Shown here piece by piece: positions 50,682 through 59,947 of a stretch of DNA of 64,000 nt. Numbering within the stretch: position 1 is the first letter of the stretch; each line of letters starts with the position of its first letter. The notes beneath the pieces are model-generated. The model saw nothing but the letters and a program-made list of their open reading frames with translations, ran no database searches and was not told where the DNA came from. Source of the stretch: Candidatus Latescibacterota bacterium (lineage in GTDB: Bacteria > Latescibacterota > UBA2968). Location of the stretch: NCBI GenBank assembly GCA_965204745.1, contig OZ242010.1, forward strand, positions 320,001 to 384,000, written 5' to 3'. The position numbers and the translations under genes were made by a program.

Positions 50682-53600
50682 TTACAATGCCAAGCCAAAA
50701 TAGATGCGGTACCCGCCGATTTCCTCGAGGACGGTCGGATCATTGCGGGAGGGGACTTCGCGTTTGGTGGGGCGGGCGAAGATGAGATAGCCGAACACGG
50801 GCAAGCGGTAATGCGAAAACATCTGGAAGCGCAACTCCGCGCCGTAATCCGTCAAGAAAGAACTTTTGATTTTGTCCCATCGCCCATCGTGGAGCGCGCT
50901 ATCCACAGAGAACAGATCGCCGAAACTCGCGGCATTGGACGTGCCGCCAAATTCAAAAAAGAGCGTGGCGTAAATTTTGTCAAAAAAGAACGGAGGCAGT
51001 TCCGCGCCGACGCGCTGAAACAGGGGAATGGTCAGCGACGTGCGCCCAAACAGGGCTTTGCCGCCAGCGGTCGTAAAATACGGGTACCCGCGCAACGTGC
51101 CCAACCCCCCGAGATAATAGCGCAGGGGATAGTAGAACACGCCCTCATACGTGCCCCCGTCTTGTCGTACTTCTTTGACATAGCCGTCTTTGTAGGCGCC
51201 AAAGACTTGAACAGCGAGCGTGTATCTGCCGGCGAGCGGGATAAATTCGTTGTAGGACGCGATGTATTCGTTGAAACTGACATTGGCTTTGTCGTCTCGA
51301 AAATACGCGGGCGACAAGTCATCGCCGATAGGGTCGGGCACGAAGTCCTCGTTGGCGTCGGGCGTGCGGGCGAGTGAATCCGTCACGGTCGCATTGATGC
51401 GCCGATAGCGAAAGCTCAAGGCGCGTCCGCCCGAGGGGTTGATGAAGAGATCGGTCGCCGGTTTGAGGGTGATGTAATTCCAACCGGCCATCCATTCGTG
51501 GCTTTTGAAAAAATCGAGGTCTTTGTACAGAAAATTGTCGAGAATGGTTCTCTCCGATCCGTAATCCGAGTTGGGAATCTGATCCGTAATATCTGAAACC
51601 GTGCCGGTCTCCAAGTTGGTCTGAAAAATGCGCGTGCTATCGTGGACGACCTGAACCGCGTGGAGGTTTTCCGCGTACTTGCGAAAGCCATACGCCATGC
51701 TGACCGCGTGCCCGCGCCCGATCCCCATTTCCGCGCCCACGGTAAAATCCGAGAAAACATCCTTAAAATCGTCTTCTTCTGTCACCGTGAGGTTTAAGTA
51801 CTGAGTGACATTGGGGATCAGCACTTGTTGCCCCTCGCTGTTTTGGGAGACCAATGTGCCGCTCATGGTATCGCGCACGGTTTGCACAGCGCCCAAATCC
51901 ACGATGCTGTTGATGGTTTGCCGGCTGCCCCCAAAGAAGATGCGCGGGAAGTACGCGCGTTGTTCAGACAAAATGGGGGTCAAGCTGTTTTGGTAAAAAA
52001 AGGCAAATTCCGAGTTGAAATCCTGTTGCCGTTTGAAGTTCTTGCCGATCAGCGCGGTGGAAACAAAAACGTCATTGCCGAGCAGATCGCCCCAGGCCCA
52101 TTGAAAGCCCGCGCTGATTTGATCCAAGCCAAATCGGTTGCCGATAAATGTGGGCCCCAACAAGGCGATAGGCGTGATGCCATAAGACACGAGGCGCGGA
52201 GAATAACGCCCGATGTCGTGGAGATCGGCGATGGCTTTGCCGGTGTAAATTGTGGCGTAATCGCGTTCGACGCCCTCGGCCGCGTCAACCGCTATGGCCT
52301 CGGCCATGGGGATGCGATACAAATTGTAATTCGCCGCGCGATAGCCCACGTAGATCGCGTCGCTCGCGTCGGGCGACAAGGTGGGCAAAAACGCGCCGCC
52401 GATGACATTGGTCAGTTGCTTTTGCGCGCCGCTTTCTAGGTCGTGCGTGTACAGATTGAAAATGCCCGTGCGGTCCGAACTGAAGACGAAGCCACTGCCG
52501 TCGGGTAGCCACACCGGGTCGCGCTCGTCGGCTTCGGAATGTACGAGGGCCCTAAACTTGGCGTTGTTCGCATAGGCCACGCTGTCCGGGAATGCCGCGA
52601 GGCTGTCTGCCCGCGCTTGTTGGAGGCTGTCTAATTGGGTTTCGGCTTTTTCTGGGTCGAGCGCGCGGCGGCCCTGGTCTTTTTTCCAAGGCGTGGCATC
52701 GATGTCGATGATGGCAATGTCTCGGTCCTCACCGGTGCGGAACACGCTGAAGAGCAGGCGCTCGCCGTCGGGCGACCACTTGGGGCCGAAGTACTGAGTG
52801 GCGTCGTTGTTGTTCGTGAGGAATCGCACCTCCGTGCCATCGGTGTTGACGAGGCCGATATTGGCCGTGCCGTCTCGCATGGTCACAAAGGCGATTTGCG
52901 AGCCGTCGGGCGACAGCGCGGGATCTTTGCCGCGCAGCCCCACGGTGACGCGGGTCTCTTTTTTTGCGGTCAGGTCATAAGTGAAAATGTCCCACCGAGG
53001 GCCCACGGCTTTGATGTACATGAGGCTGTCGCCGCTGGCGGTCCACACAAAGCGATTATCCACGCGATCCGCGATTTTCGTCACTTTTTTGGTGGCGAGA
53101 TCCATCACTTTGAGTTCGGTGATGAAATAATCGCTGTCGTCATTGGAGATAAAGCCCAACTTGCTGCCATCGGGCGAATAGACCGGATGATAGTCCAAAC
53201 TGCCCAAATCCGCGATCAATTCGCCCTCGCGCTCATCTTCTTGGACCGCGGTTTGCACGGCGCGGTACTGTTCGCCGATGTGCGCGGTCCAGTCCCGATA
53301 GAGTTGTTTGGCGGAAACCCCGGTGGCTTTTTTGAGCGAGGAGTTGAAATTGACGATGGGCTTGTGTTCAAAAATTTGCCTGACTGTGGCGGGGCAAAAG
53401 CGGTCGCCGATGTAGTTGATCATGGCATATCCCTGATTGTACACCATTTCCCCGTGGAAACTGCCCTTGCCCCCGAGTTGCCCCATGCTGGGCAACGACA
53501 ACAAGTCGTTTTCGAGGGATGCCATCCGCAGCAACATGTCTCGGTGCGTGTCCCAACGGTCGTCGCCGTATTGCGCGGCTTCCCACTGGGCAATGCCCTC

Positions 53601-54248
53601 GGCAAAACCCGCACTGACCGCGAGGTGATACAAGCCGAGCGTAAAGTTGAAATCGGGATTTTCATTGGCGCGGGAGGTATTGATCAGGCCGATTTGAAAT
53701 GGCAATCCCTTGTGCGCGGCTTTCAGGGAGACGATGTGCGTGAGTTCGTGGACGAAAACATTGCGAACCCAGTCGCTGGTGCCGCGGATCTCCCAGTCGA
53801 TGGGATTGGTCCAAAAGTGGATGTAATTCGCGCTGTATATGGCATACGCATTGCCCAAAAAATCCGCCTGATCGTCAACGACGACGTGGATGGGCGCGAT
53901 GCGATCCACAAAGGTGGGATAATGCCGCATGAGATTGGACAACACGTCGTCGCAAAAATCGGCGATCTGGCGCGCGGTTTTTTCCGCAGTCGAGAAATAG
54001 ATGTTGAAATACCGGGTGCGAATCACTTTGGCACTCGCCGACCGCAATCCCAAAAGAGACGGGAAAAAGCCATCGGCAGTTTCGGGCGTCCAATACGTAT
54101 AAGGCTTTTGATCCGGCGACGGGCGGTTCAGAGGGGTATTTGCCAAATCGACCCCAATGGCTTTGGCAGGGCCTAAAGACGGGGGCTGTGCAAGTGTTGC
54201 GAGAGGACTAAGACCGATGAAACACAGGACAGACAAAAAAGTTTTCAA
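50682..54248 (-). CDS. Omp85/BamA-superfamily protein with N-terminal HExxH metallopeptidase-like domain and PD40 beta-propeller
   Basis: HELTH...FAEG; repeated SPDG motifs; LGGLGTLRGY barrel motif. Confidence 0.8.
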   Translation of the reverse strand: MKTFLSVLCFIGLSPLATLAQPPSLGPAKAIGVDLANTPLNRPSPDQKPYTYWTPETADGFFPSLLGLRSASAKVIRTRYFNIYFSTAEKTARQIADFCDDVLSNLMRHYPTFVDRIAPIHVVVDDQADFLGNAYAIYSANYIHFWTNPIDWEIRGTSDWVRNVFVHELTHIVSLKAAHKGLPFQIGLINTSRANENPDFNFTLGLYHLAVSAGFAEGIAQWEAAQYGDDRWDTHRDMLLRMASLENDLLSLPSMGQLGGKGSFHGEMVYNQGYAMINYIGDRFCPATVRQIFEHKPIVNFNSSLKKATGVSAKQLYRDWTAHIGEQYRAVQTAVQEDEREGELIADLGSLDYHPVYSPDGSKLGFISNDDSDYFITELKVMDLATKKVTKIADRVDNRFVWTASGDSLMYIKAVGPRWDIFTYDLTAKKETRVTVGLRGKDPALSPDGSQIAFVTMRDGTANIGLVNTDGTEVRFLTNNNDATQYFGPKWSPDGERLLFSVFRTGEDRDIAIIDIDATPWKKDQGRRALDPEKAETQLDSLQQARADSLAAFPDSVAYANNAKFRALVHSEADERDPVWLPDGSGFVFSSDRTGIFNLYTHDLESGAQKQLTNVIGGAFLPTLSPDASDAIYVGYRAANYNLYRIPMAEAIAVDAAEGVERDYATIYTGKAIADLHDIGRYSPRLVSYGITPIALLGPTFIGNRFGLDQISAGFQWAWGDLLGNDVFVSTALIGKNFKRQQDFNSEFAFFYQNSLTPILSEQRAYFPRIFFGGSRQTINSIVDLGAVQTVRDTMSGTLVSQNSEGQQVLIPNVTQYLNLTVTEEDDFKDVFSDFTVGAEMGIGRGHAVSMAYGFRKYAENLHAVQVVHDSTRIFQTNLETGTVSDITDQIPNSDYGSERTILDNFLYKDLDFFKSHEWMAGWNYITLKPATDLFINPSGGRALSFRYRRINATVTDSLARTPDANEDFVPDPIGDDLSPAYFRDDKANVSFNEYIASYNEFIPLAGRYTLAVQVFGAYKDGYVKEVRQDGGTYEGVFYYPLRYYLGGLGTLRGYPYFTTAGGKALFGRTSLTIPLFQRVGAELPPFFFDKIYATLFFEFGGTSNAASFGDLFSVDSALHDGRWDKIKSSFLTDYGAELRFQMFSHYRLPVFGYLIFARPTKREVPSRNDPTVLEEIGGYRIYFGLAL

Positions 54249-54329
54249 CTTTTACTCCTTTACGATGGGTGGGAAATGGCATTCAGCTTCACGGGGGTTG
54301 GGGACTGGGGGCGCGCTTGGAAATGGGCG

Positions 54330-54623
54330 TTACAATTCCAGCACTTTGACCACGCGATCAATGGTTTCTCCATGTTTGGCACGGGAGATTTCCAAGTCGT
54401 ATTGGACTTGCAATCGCATCCAGATACCCGGGGTCGTTCCAAAATAACGCGCAAGTCTGAGGGCAGTATTGGGCGTCACGGAACGCATCCCACGCACGAT
54501 TTGGCTGATTCGCAATGGGGGAACGCCGATGTCCTTGGCGACGCGGTATTGACTCAAACCCAGGGGCTTCATAAAGTCTTCGAGAAGCACCTCGCCCGGA
54601 TGAACAGGAGGAAGTTTTTCCAT
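54330..54623 (-). CDS. higA: HigA-family antitoxin
   Basis: PVHPGEVLLEDF, TALRLARYFGT...W..LQ..YDL. Confidence 0.92.
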   Translation of the reverse strand: MEKLPPVHPGEVLLEDFMKPLGLSQYRVAKDIGVPPLRISQIVRGMRSVTPNTALRLARYFGTTPGIWMRLQVQYDLEISRAKHGETIDRVVKVLEL

Positions 54624-54636
54624 TTTTTGATCTCCG

Positions 54637-54672
54637 TCAGTGGTAGTCCGTGATTTCTACGCGGTGAGCATC
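54637..54672 (-). pseudogene. higB: C-terminal remnant of a HigB toxin
   Basis: DAHRVEITDYH* is the characteristic HigB end; the rest is replaced by repeats. Confidence 0.75.
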
Positions 54673-54673
54673 G

Positions 54674-55027
54674 GGTCGCTCTGACGGCGTTGACCGAGGG
54701 GACCTATCCCCCGGCCCCGTTATTCGCTTCGCTCATTGTAGGCTACGCCTGTGCCTACGAGGAAAGGGGAGTAAAGTTCCTTTGATGGCTTCTCGCTCTG
54801 GTCGCTCTGACGGCGTTGACCGAGGGGACCTATCCCCCGGCCCCGTTATTCGCTTCGCTCATTGTAGGCTACGCCTGTGCCTACAAGGAAAGGGGAGTAA
54901 AGCTCTTTTGGTGGCTTTGGGCGAATGGATCACGCCATAGAACCCAAAAAACCTCTCGAGCAATCCCTCGGAAGACCCATCACCGTTCCCCCTTCCTCTT
55001 AGGAAGGGGGTTAGAGGGTAGGTCCCC
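54674..55027. repeat. Tandem ~103-bp duplication (54674-54776, 54800-54902) merging into a family C MITE
   Basis: Two near-identical GGTCGCTCTGACGGCGTTGACCGAGGGGACCTATCC...GGAGTAAAG units. Confidence 0.85.
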
Positions 55028-55077
55028 CTCGCAAAACCGCTCAAGCCAGTTGCTTTGCTCGTAAATGTCAACACGAC

Positions 55078-56022
55078 CTAATGATGCCTCAAAATACACG
55101 CGACGCGATGGCCCGATTCAATCTCCAAAAGCGCTGGCATTTCCCGCGCACAATCGCGCACCGCTTCGGGGCATCGCGGATGGAACGGACAACCCGATGG
55201 CCTGTTGATCGGGCTGGGCACGTCACCCGTCAATCTGATGCGCGAGCGGTTGACGCGCGGATCGGGCACGGGAATGGACGAGAGCAAGGCGTGCGTATAG
55301 GGGTGTTGCGGGTTGTCGTACAAGTTTTGGCTAGGGGCCAATTCGACAATACGGCCCAAGTACATGACCGCCACGCGATTCGAGATGTGTTTGACCACGC
55401 TCAAGTCGTGGGCGATGAAGAGATAGGCCAAGCCGAACCGCGCTTGCAAGTCCTGAAGCAAGTTCACAATTTGCGCTTGGATGGACACGTCGAGCGCGGA
55501 CACGGGTTCGTCCGCCACAATGAATTGCGGTTTGACGGCCAAGGCGCGCGCAATGCCAATGCGCTGCCGCTGGCCCCCGGAAAACTCGTGCGGATAGCGG
55601 CGGGCCGCATCCGGGGACAAACCCACCGTGTTGAGCAAATCAGCGACCCGATCTTTTTCCCCGTGGATTTTTAGGGGTTCCGAGAGGATGCCGCCAACCG
55701 TGAGGCGCGGATTGAGCGATCCATAAGGGTCTTGAAAGATGAGTTGCATGTGCCGGCGCAATGCGCGGAGTTGCTTTTTCTCGAGCGAGAACACATCCGT
55801 ATCCCGGAACCGAACCGCGCCTGCGGTCGCGTCGATCAAGCGCAAAATCGCCCGACCGACCGTGGTCTTCCCGCATCCGGATTCGCCCACCAAGCCGAGG
55901 GTCTCGCCGGGCGCAATATCAAAACTCACGCCATCCACCGCTTTGACCTGCCGCGTTGCGCGCCGAAAACCCCCGCGCGAGATGGGGTAGTGTTTTTTGA
56001 GATTTTGAACTTGGAGGAGCAT
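55078..56022 (-). CDS. oppF: Oligopeptide/dipeptide ABC transporter ATP-binding protein (OppF/DppF type)
   Basis: [33 protein letters not shown]. Confidence 0.9.
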   Translation of the reverse strand: MLLQVQNLKKHYPISRGGFRRATRQVKAVDGVSFDIAPGETLGLVGESGCGKTTVGRAILRLIDATAGAVRFRDTDVFSLEKKQLRALRRHMQLIFQDPYGSLNPRLTVGGILSEPLKIHGEKDRVADLLNTVGLSPDAARRYPHEFSGGQRQRIGIARALAVKPQFIVADEPVSALDVSIQAQIVNLLQDLQARFGLAYLFIAHDLSVVKHISNRVAVMYLGRIVELAPSQNLYDNPQHPYTHALLSSIPVPDPRVNRSRIRLTGDVPSPINRPSGCPFHPRCPEAVRDCAREMPALLEIESGHRVACILRHH

Positions 56023-56541
56023 GAGAGTAGTTAGTCCGCCCCGCCCTTCAACCCTTCAGGTGAGACGGGAGAGGGAAGACGTAAGAGGGCCGCCCCACTC
56101 GCTTCAAGCGAGATGTGAGACCAAATTGAATTTCTGTTGACCTCATGTGATGCGATATGCGACAGCAAGTGATCCCCTTGACGTTCCGTAGTCATTCAAA
56201 GAAGCGATAATTAAGAATGCCCTCGCAAAAGCCCATCAGCTAAAGCCATCAGGCACAGCGCGCAAGTCCGTCTCGCAACCAACGTCCATTATGCAACCCA
56301 CTTTGCAGGCTGGCGCATGTCGTTTTGTTACAAAAGCGATTTGCGCTGTGCAAGCCTCTCGGCGTTTGAGAGTGCCCTTTTTTGCTTCTTTTTTGGGCAA
56401 GCAAAAAAGAAGTCGCCGAAGGCATCGAAGGCAACCAACGAGGCTTTAGGACCAAATGCCTTAAATGAGCAAGCAACACATTTGCTAATCTGTGCGCGTA
56501 ACGTTAAAAAATAAAATGTCAACACGACCTAACCACTGATT

Positions 56542-57504
56542 TTAAGCCATCCAACACGCGGTTTGGTGATCGCCCGCCATCGTTTTTAATGGTGGAATGG
56601 ATTCGCGGCAAATCGCATCCGCGCTTTCGCATCGGTCGGCAAAGCGACACCCGGAGGCAAAGCGCGTGGCTTCGGGCACATGGCCCGGAATGGTTTTGAG
56701 GCGGTCACGCGCCACATCCAAGCGGGGCACGGACGCGAGCAAGCCTCGGGTGTAGGGGTGCATGGGATGGTGAAAGATCGCATCGGCCGGCCCCATTTCC
56801 ACAATTTTACCCGCGTACATCACCGCCACGCGATCCGCGACCTCGGCAATGACGCCCAAGTCGTGCGTGATGAGCAAAACCGCCATGCCGAGTTGGCGTT
56901 GCAAATCGCGCAACAAATCCAGGATTTGGGCCTGAATGGTGACGTCGAGCGCGGTGGTGGGTTCGTCGGCGATGAGAACCTTGGGATCGCACGAGAGCGC
57001 CATGGCGATCATCACGCGCTGGCGTTGCCCACCGGACAACTGGTGCGGGTATTCGTCTGCCCGCTGTTCCGGATCGGGCAAGCCGACCAAGTGCAACATT
57101 TCCACTGTTTTGCGCCGCGCTTCTTTTGGCGAAAGCCCCTGATGCCGGCGCACGGCTTCATCCACTTGAAACCCGCAGGTGTACACCGGGTTGAGGCTGG
57201 TCATGGGTTCTTGGAAGATCATCGCAATCTCATTGCCGCGCACGTCTCGCATTTCGAGGTCGGACAGGGCGAGCAGGTCGCGGTTGTCAAAAAAAATGTG
57301 CCCACCTTCAATGCGGCCAGGATAGGGCACCAATCGCATGATGGACAGGGAAGTAACGCTCTTGCCGCATCCCGATTCACCCACGAGCCCAAAGGTTTCG
57401 CCCGCGTTGAGTGTGAATGATACACCATCTACGGCCCGAGCCGTTCCGCTGTCTGTATGGAAGTGCGTTTGCAGGGTATCAACTGTCAGCACAGTATTTG
57501 GCAT
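56542..57504 (-). CDS. oppD: Oligopeptide/dipeptide ABC transporter ATP-binding protein (OppD/DppD type)
   Basis: [34 protein letters not shown]. Confidence 0.9.
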   Translation of the reverse strand: MPNTVLTVDTLQTHFHTDSGTARAVDGVSFTLNAGETFGLVGESGCGKSVTSLSIMRLVPYPGRIEGGHIFFDNRDLLALSDLEMRDVRGNEIAMIFQEPMTSLNPVYTCGFQVDEAVRRHQGLSPKEARRKTVEMLHLVGLPDPEQRADEYPHQLSGGQRQRVMIAMALSCDPKVLIADEPTTALDVTIQAQILDLLRDLQRQLGMAVLLITHDLGVIAEVADRVAVMYAGKIVEMGPADAIFHHPMHPYTRGLLASVPRLDVARDRLKTIPGHVPEATRFASGCRFADRCESADAICRESIPPLKTMAGDHQTACWMA

Positions 57505-57720
57505 TGCAATGTTTCATGAACTTCTTGAAGGTGGTGAACGTTCCCGGTTTTTTAGCCACGAGCGGGGTACAACTGGCGATAGCCAGTTCAAAGGCTTAGC
57601 CACAAAAGGCACGAGCGGGGTACAACTGGCGACAGCCAGTTCAAAACACAAAAGGGGGCGATGTTCCCGTGCTCGCCCAAAGATACGAGGGAAATGAGGA
57701 CTCCTCTCCCCGTCTCGGGG

Positions 57721-58452
57721 TTAAAACAAAGGCAACTGGAGCATGAGCCATTCTTCGAGCAAGAAGCCGACGCGACCGATCAACAGGGAAAGACGCGCCA
57801 TGATGGTGTAGCCAAAGGACGCGCCAAACGAGATCATGAGAAAATAAATGCCGATTTTGGACGCGATGCCGACCGGGCCCGTGTGTTCGAAAGAATAAAA
57901 GAAATAGACGAGCACGGTCACGACGCCGACCAGAATGAGAAAGAGATCGAGTCCCGCCCAGTCCAGCGTGATGGCCTGCATCGTCAACTCCATTTGGGCG
58001 AGCAAATTGGCCGCGATGGTGCGCGGGATGGCGAGGCCAGATCCCAGGCCCACGACAAACGCAAATGCGATGCGGCTGAGCCAACTGTACTTTGCCGCAG
58101 AGAGTTGCGTGAGCATAAAAAACCCGAGCATGGTGGGCACGAGCAACCACAAATTGTCCAGGCTTTCGCCATCGAGTTCCCGAAGGGGCGTGATGACGTC
58201 GGTCAGGAGCACGGTGTACCACACCTGACTGAGCGTGTACGCGGCCGCGACGCCCACGTAGAGGTTTTCGGCAAATTTGAAGAGGGGATTGTCTTTGTAC
58301 AAAAAGCTGTAGAGCGACAGGGTAATGCCGGCCGCGATGAACGTGCCCAAGCCATCCCAGTCCATAGACAAGCTGTTCGAGGCAAAGAGGTACAGATTGA
58401 CCGCGGCAAAGACCACTAAAAAGACGAAAAAAATGATGGAATCGCGATTCAC
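57721..58452 (-). CDS. Uncharacterised polytopic membrane protein (DUF6754 operon)
   Basis: Several hydrophobic helices; SFLYKDNP...AE and MISFGASFGYTIMAR motifs; GTGA overlap. Confidence 0.8.
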   Translation of the reverse strand: MNRDSIIFFVFLVVFAAVNLYLFASNSLSMDWDGLGTFIAAGITLSLYSFLYKDNPLFKFAENLYVGVAAAYTLSQVWYTVLLTDVITPLRELDGESLDNLWLLVPTMLGFFMLTQLSAAKYSWLSRIAFAFVVGLGSGLAIPRTIAANLLAQMELTMQAITLDWAGLDLFLILVGVVTVLVYFFYSFEHTGPVGIASKIGIYFLMISFGASFGYTIMARLSLLIGRVGFLLEEWLMLQLPLF

Positions 58453-59279
58453 CGAGCACCGCCTTTCTGCCGTCCGTACAGGAAATACATCACATTGCCC
58501 AAGACGATGAACAAAATGATGATGAGATGCACAAAGGATTGGGCGCCCATGCCCGCGGTGGCTTTGCCCGATGCGTCAATCAGGGTTTCGTATTCGGCCG
58601 CGCCGGCCAAGCCGCCCATCATGCCGTGCATTTGCCCGGTTTGCAAATAGGGATATTGATCGGGCGCCATCACCGCTGTGCAGCCGAGGCCGAATTTGAA
58701 TTTGTAGCGTTCCTGACCGTAGGGGATCCATGTGCCGTCCGGGGTGTTGCCAGAGGCCAAGCAGATCACGTAGTCGAAATTCGCCAATCCCTTGATGTTT
58801 TGCGTGACGGGCAATTCGGTTGTGTCGCTGCCGCGCAGGTCTTTTTGAAACGCGCCGTGAAAGTCGCTGCCCATGTTGATGACCAATGACCCCCCGCCCG
58901 GCTTGAACCCCAAGAACGTGTAATCCTCGCCGTATTGCGCGCCGTATTCTCCCGCGGCGGTTTCAAAGGCTTGTTGCGCGAGGCCCACAGAGGTCGGAAC
59001 GTGCGACATGCCGATCACTTTGATGCGGTTGCGAAAACAATGGCGCAACACCGAGATGGCCATGGGTTGCACTTCGGGCTTGGCGCTAGGGCCATAGTCG
59101 AACGAGATGAGCACCGTGCCGTTTTTCGCGCCCACGTCTTCAACGGTGTCGTAAAACGCTTGCACATCTTTGGTAATGGGGATGGGCATACGCACCGGCG
59201 CCAGCGAGGGAATGATAATGCCGAGCGCGACGAACGCGAAGATGATGCGACGGTCGATATTGTGCAAAAATGCTTTCAT
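58449..59279 (-). CDS. Uncharacterised membrane-anchored alpha/beta protein (DUF6754 operon)
   Basis: N- and C-terminal TM helices; GGLAGAAEYE motif; ATGA overlap. Confidence 0.8.
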   Translation of the reverse strand: MKAFLHNIDRRIIFAFVALGIIIPSLAPVRMPIPITKDVQAFYDTVEDVGAKNGTVLISFDYGPSAKPEVQPMAISVLRHCFRNRIKVIGMSHVPTSVGLAQQAFETAAGEYGAQYGEDYTFLGFKPGGGSLVINMGSDFHGAFQKDLRGSDTTELPVTQNIKGLANFDYVICLASGNTPDGTWIPYGQERYKFKFGLGCTAVMAPDQYPYLQTGQMHGMMGGLAGAAEYETLIDASGKATAGMGAQSFVHLIIILFIVLGNVMYFLYGRQKGGAR

Positions 59280-59935
59280 TCTTCGCCTCCGCCGAGATAC
59301 GAGCGTTCAATGCCAAAGATGATCCGCAAGGCCGTTGCGACCGCGCCCAAGCTGACGCCGAGCAAGATGCCGCGCTTGGCCGCCAAATTGGGCACGTCCA
59401 TCATCCATTGGGCGAGGTCGGGCAATTCCTGGTAAATGACCGCGCCAATGGGCACGCGCCCGATCATGACGATGATGGCCGATACGAGCAGGATGGCCGC
59501 TTCGATGGTGCGCGCGCGAAAGGTGCGATACGCCGCCGATGCGATGAAAAACGCGAGGATGGAGAACATGGTGGCGTCCGCGGGCACTTGCACGTTTTTG
59601 TACATCCACACAAAGGGGCCCGTGTCGATTTCTTGGGGATTGTGCGGCCACTGTCCGTCGTTGTAAATCGCAAACAGGGTCATGACCGCAAAGCCCAAAA
59701 ACACGAGAAAGCTGTACCCCCAGCCGGGGTTCTGCCGCCGCACGCGGCTCCAGTGCAAGCGCATCAAGCTGTAGATGCCCAGCACCAGCGCGAACGCCGC
59801 CACGATGCGATCCCACTTGGTCAATTCCAATTCGAGGCTTTCCGCGTCGCTGTGTGGAATGTAAAAACACAGAATGCCGATGATGCCCATGACAAAGGCG
59901 ATGATCAGCGGGAGTGTGCGTCTAAAAAAAAGCAT
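59276..59935 (-). CDS. Uncharacterised polytopic membrane protein (DUF6754 operon)
   Basis: TMFSILAFFIASAAYRTFRAR and LRIIFGIERSYLG motifs. Confidence 0.8.
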   Translation of the reverse strand: MLFFRRTLPLIIAFVMGIIGILCFYIPHSDAESLELELTKWDRIVAAFALVLGIYSLMRLHWSRVRRQNPGWGYSFLVFLGFAVMTLFAIYNDGQWPHNPQEIDTGPFVWMYKNVQVPADATMFSILAFFIASAAYRTFRARTIEAAILLVSAIIVMIGRVPIGAVIYQELPDLAQWMMDVPNLAAKRGILLGVSLGAVATALRIIFGIERSYLGGGEE

Positions 59936-59947
59936 GAAAGACTCCTG

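Noticed and set aside
56040-56510. Small ORFs or a riboswitch between oppD and oppF
   Set aside because: No recognisable protein or RNA motif; the region is repeat-like hairpins and an IS-like end.
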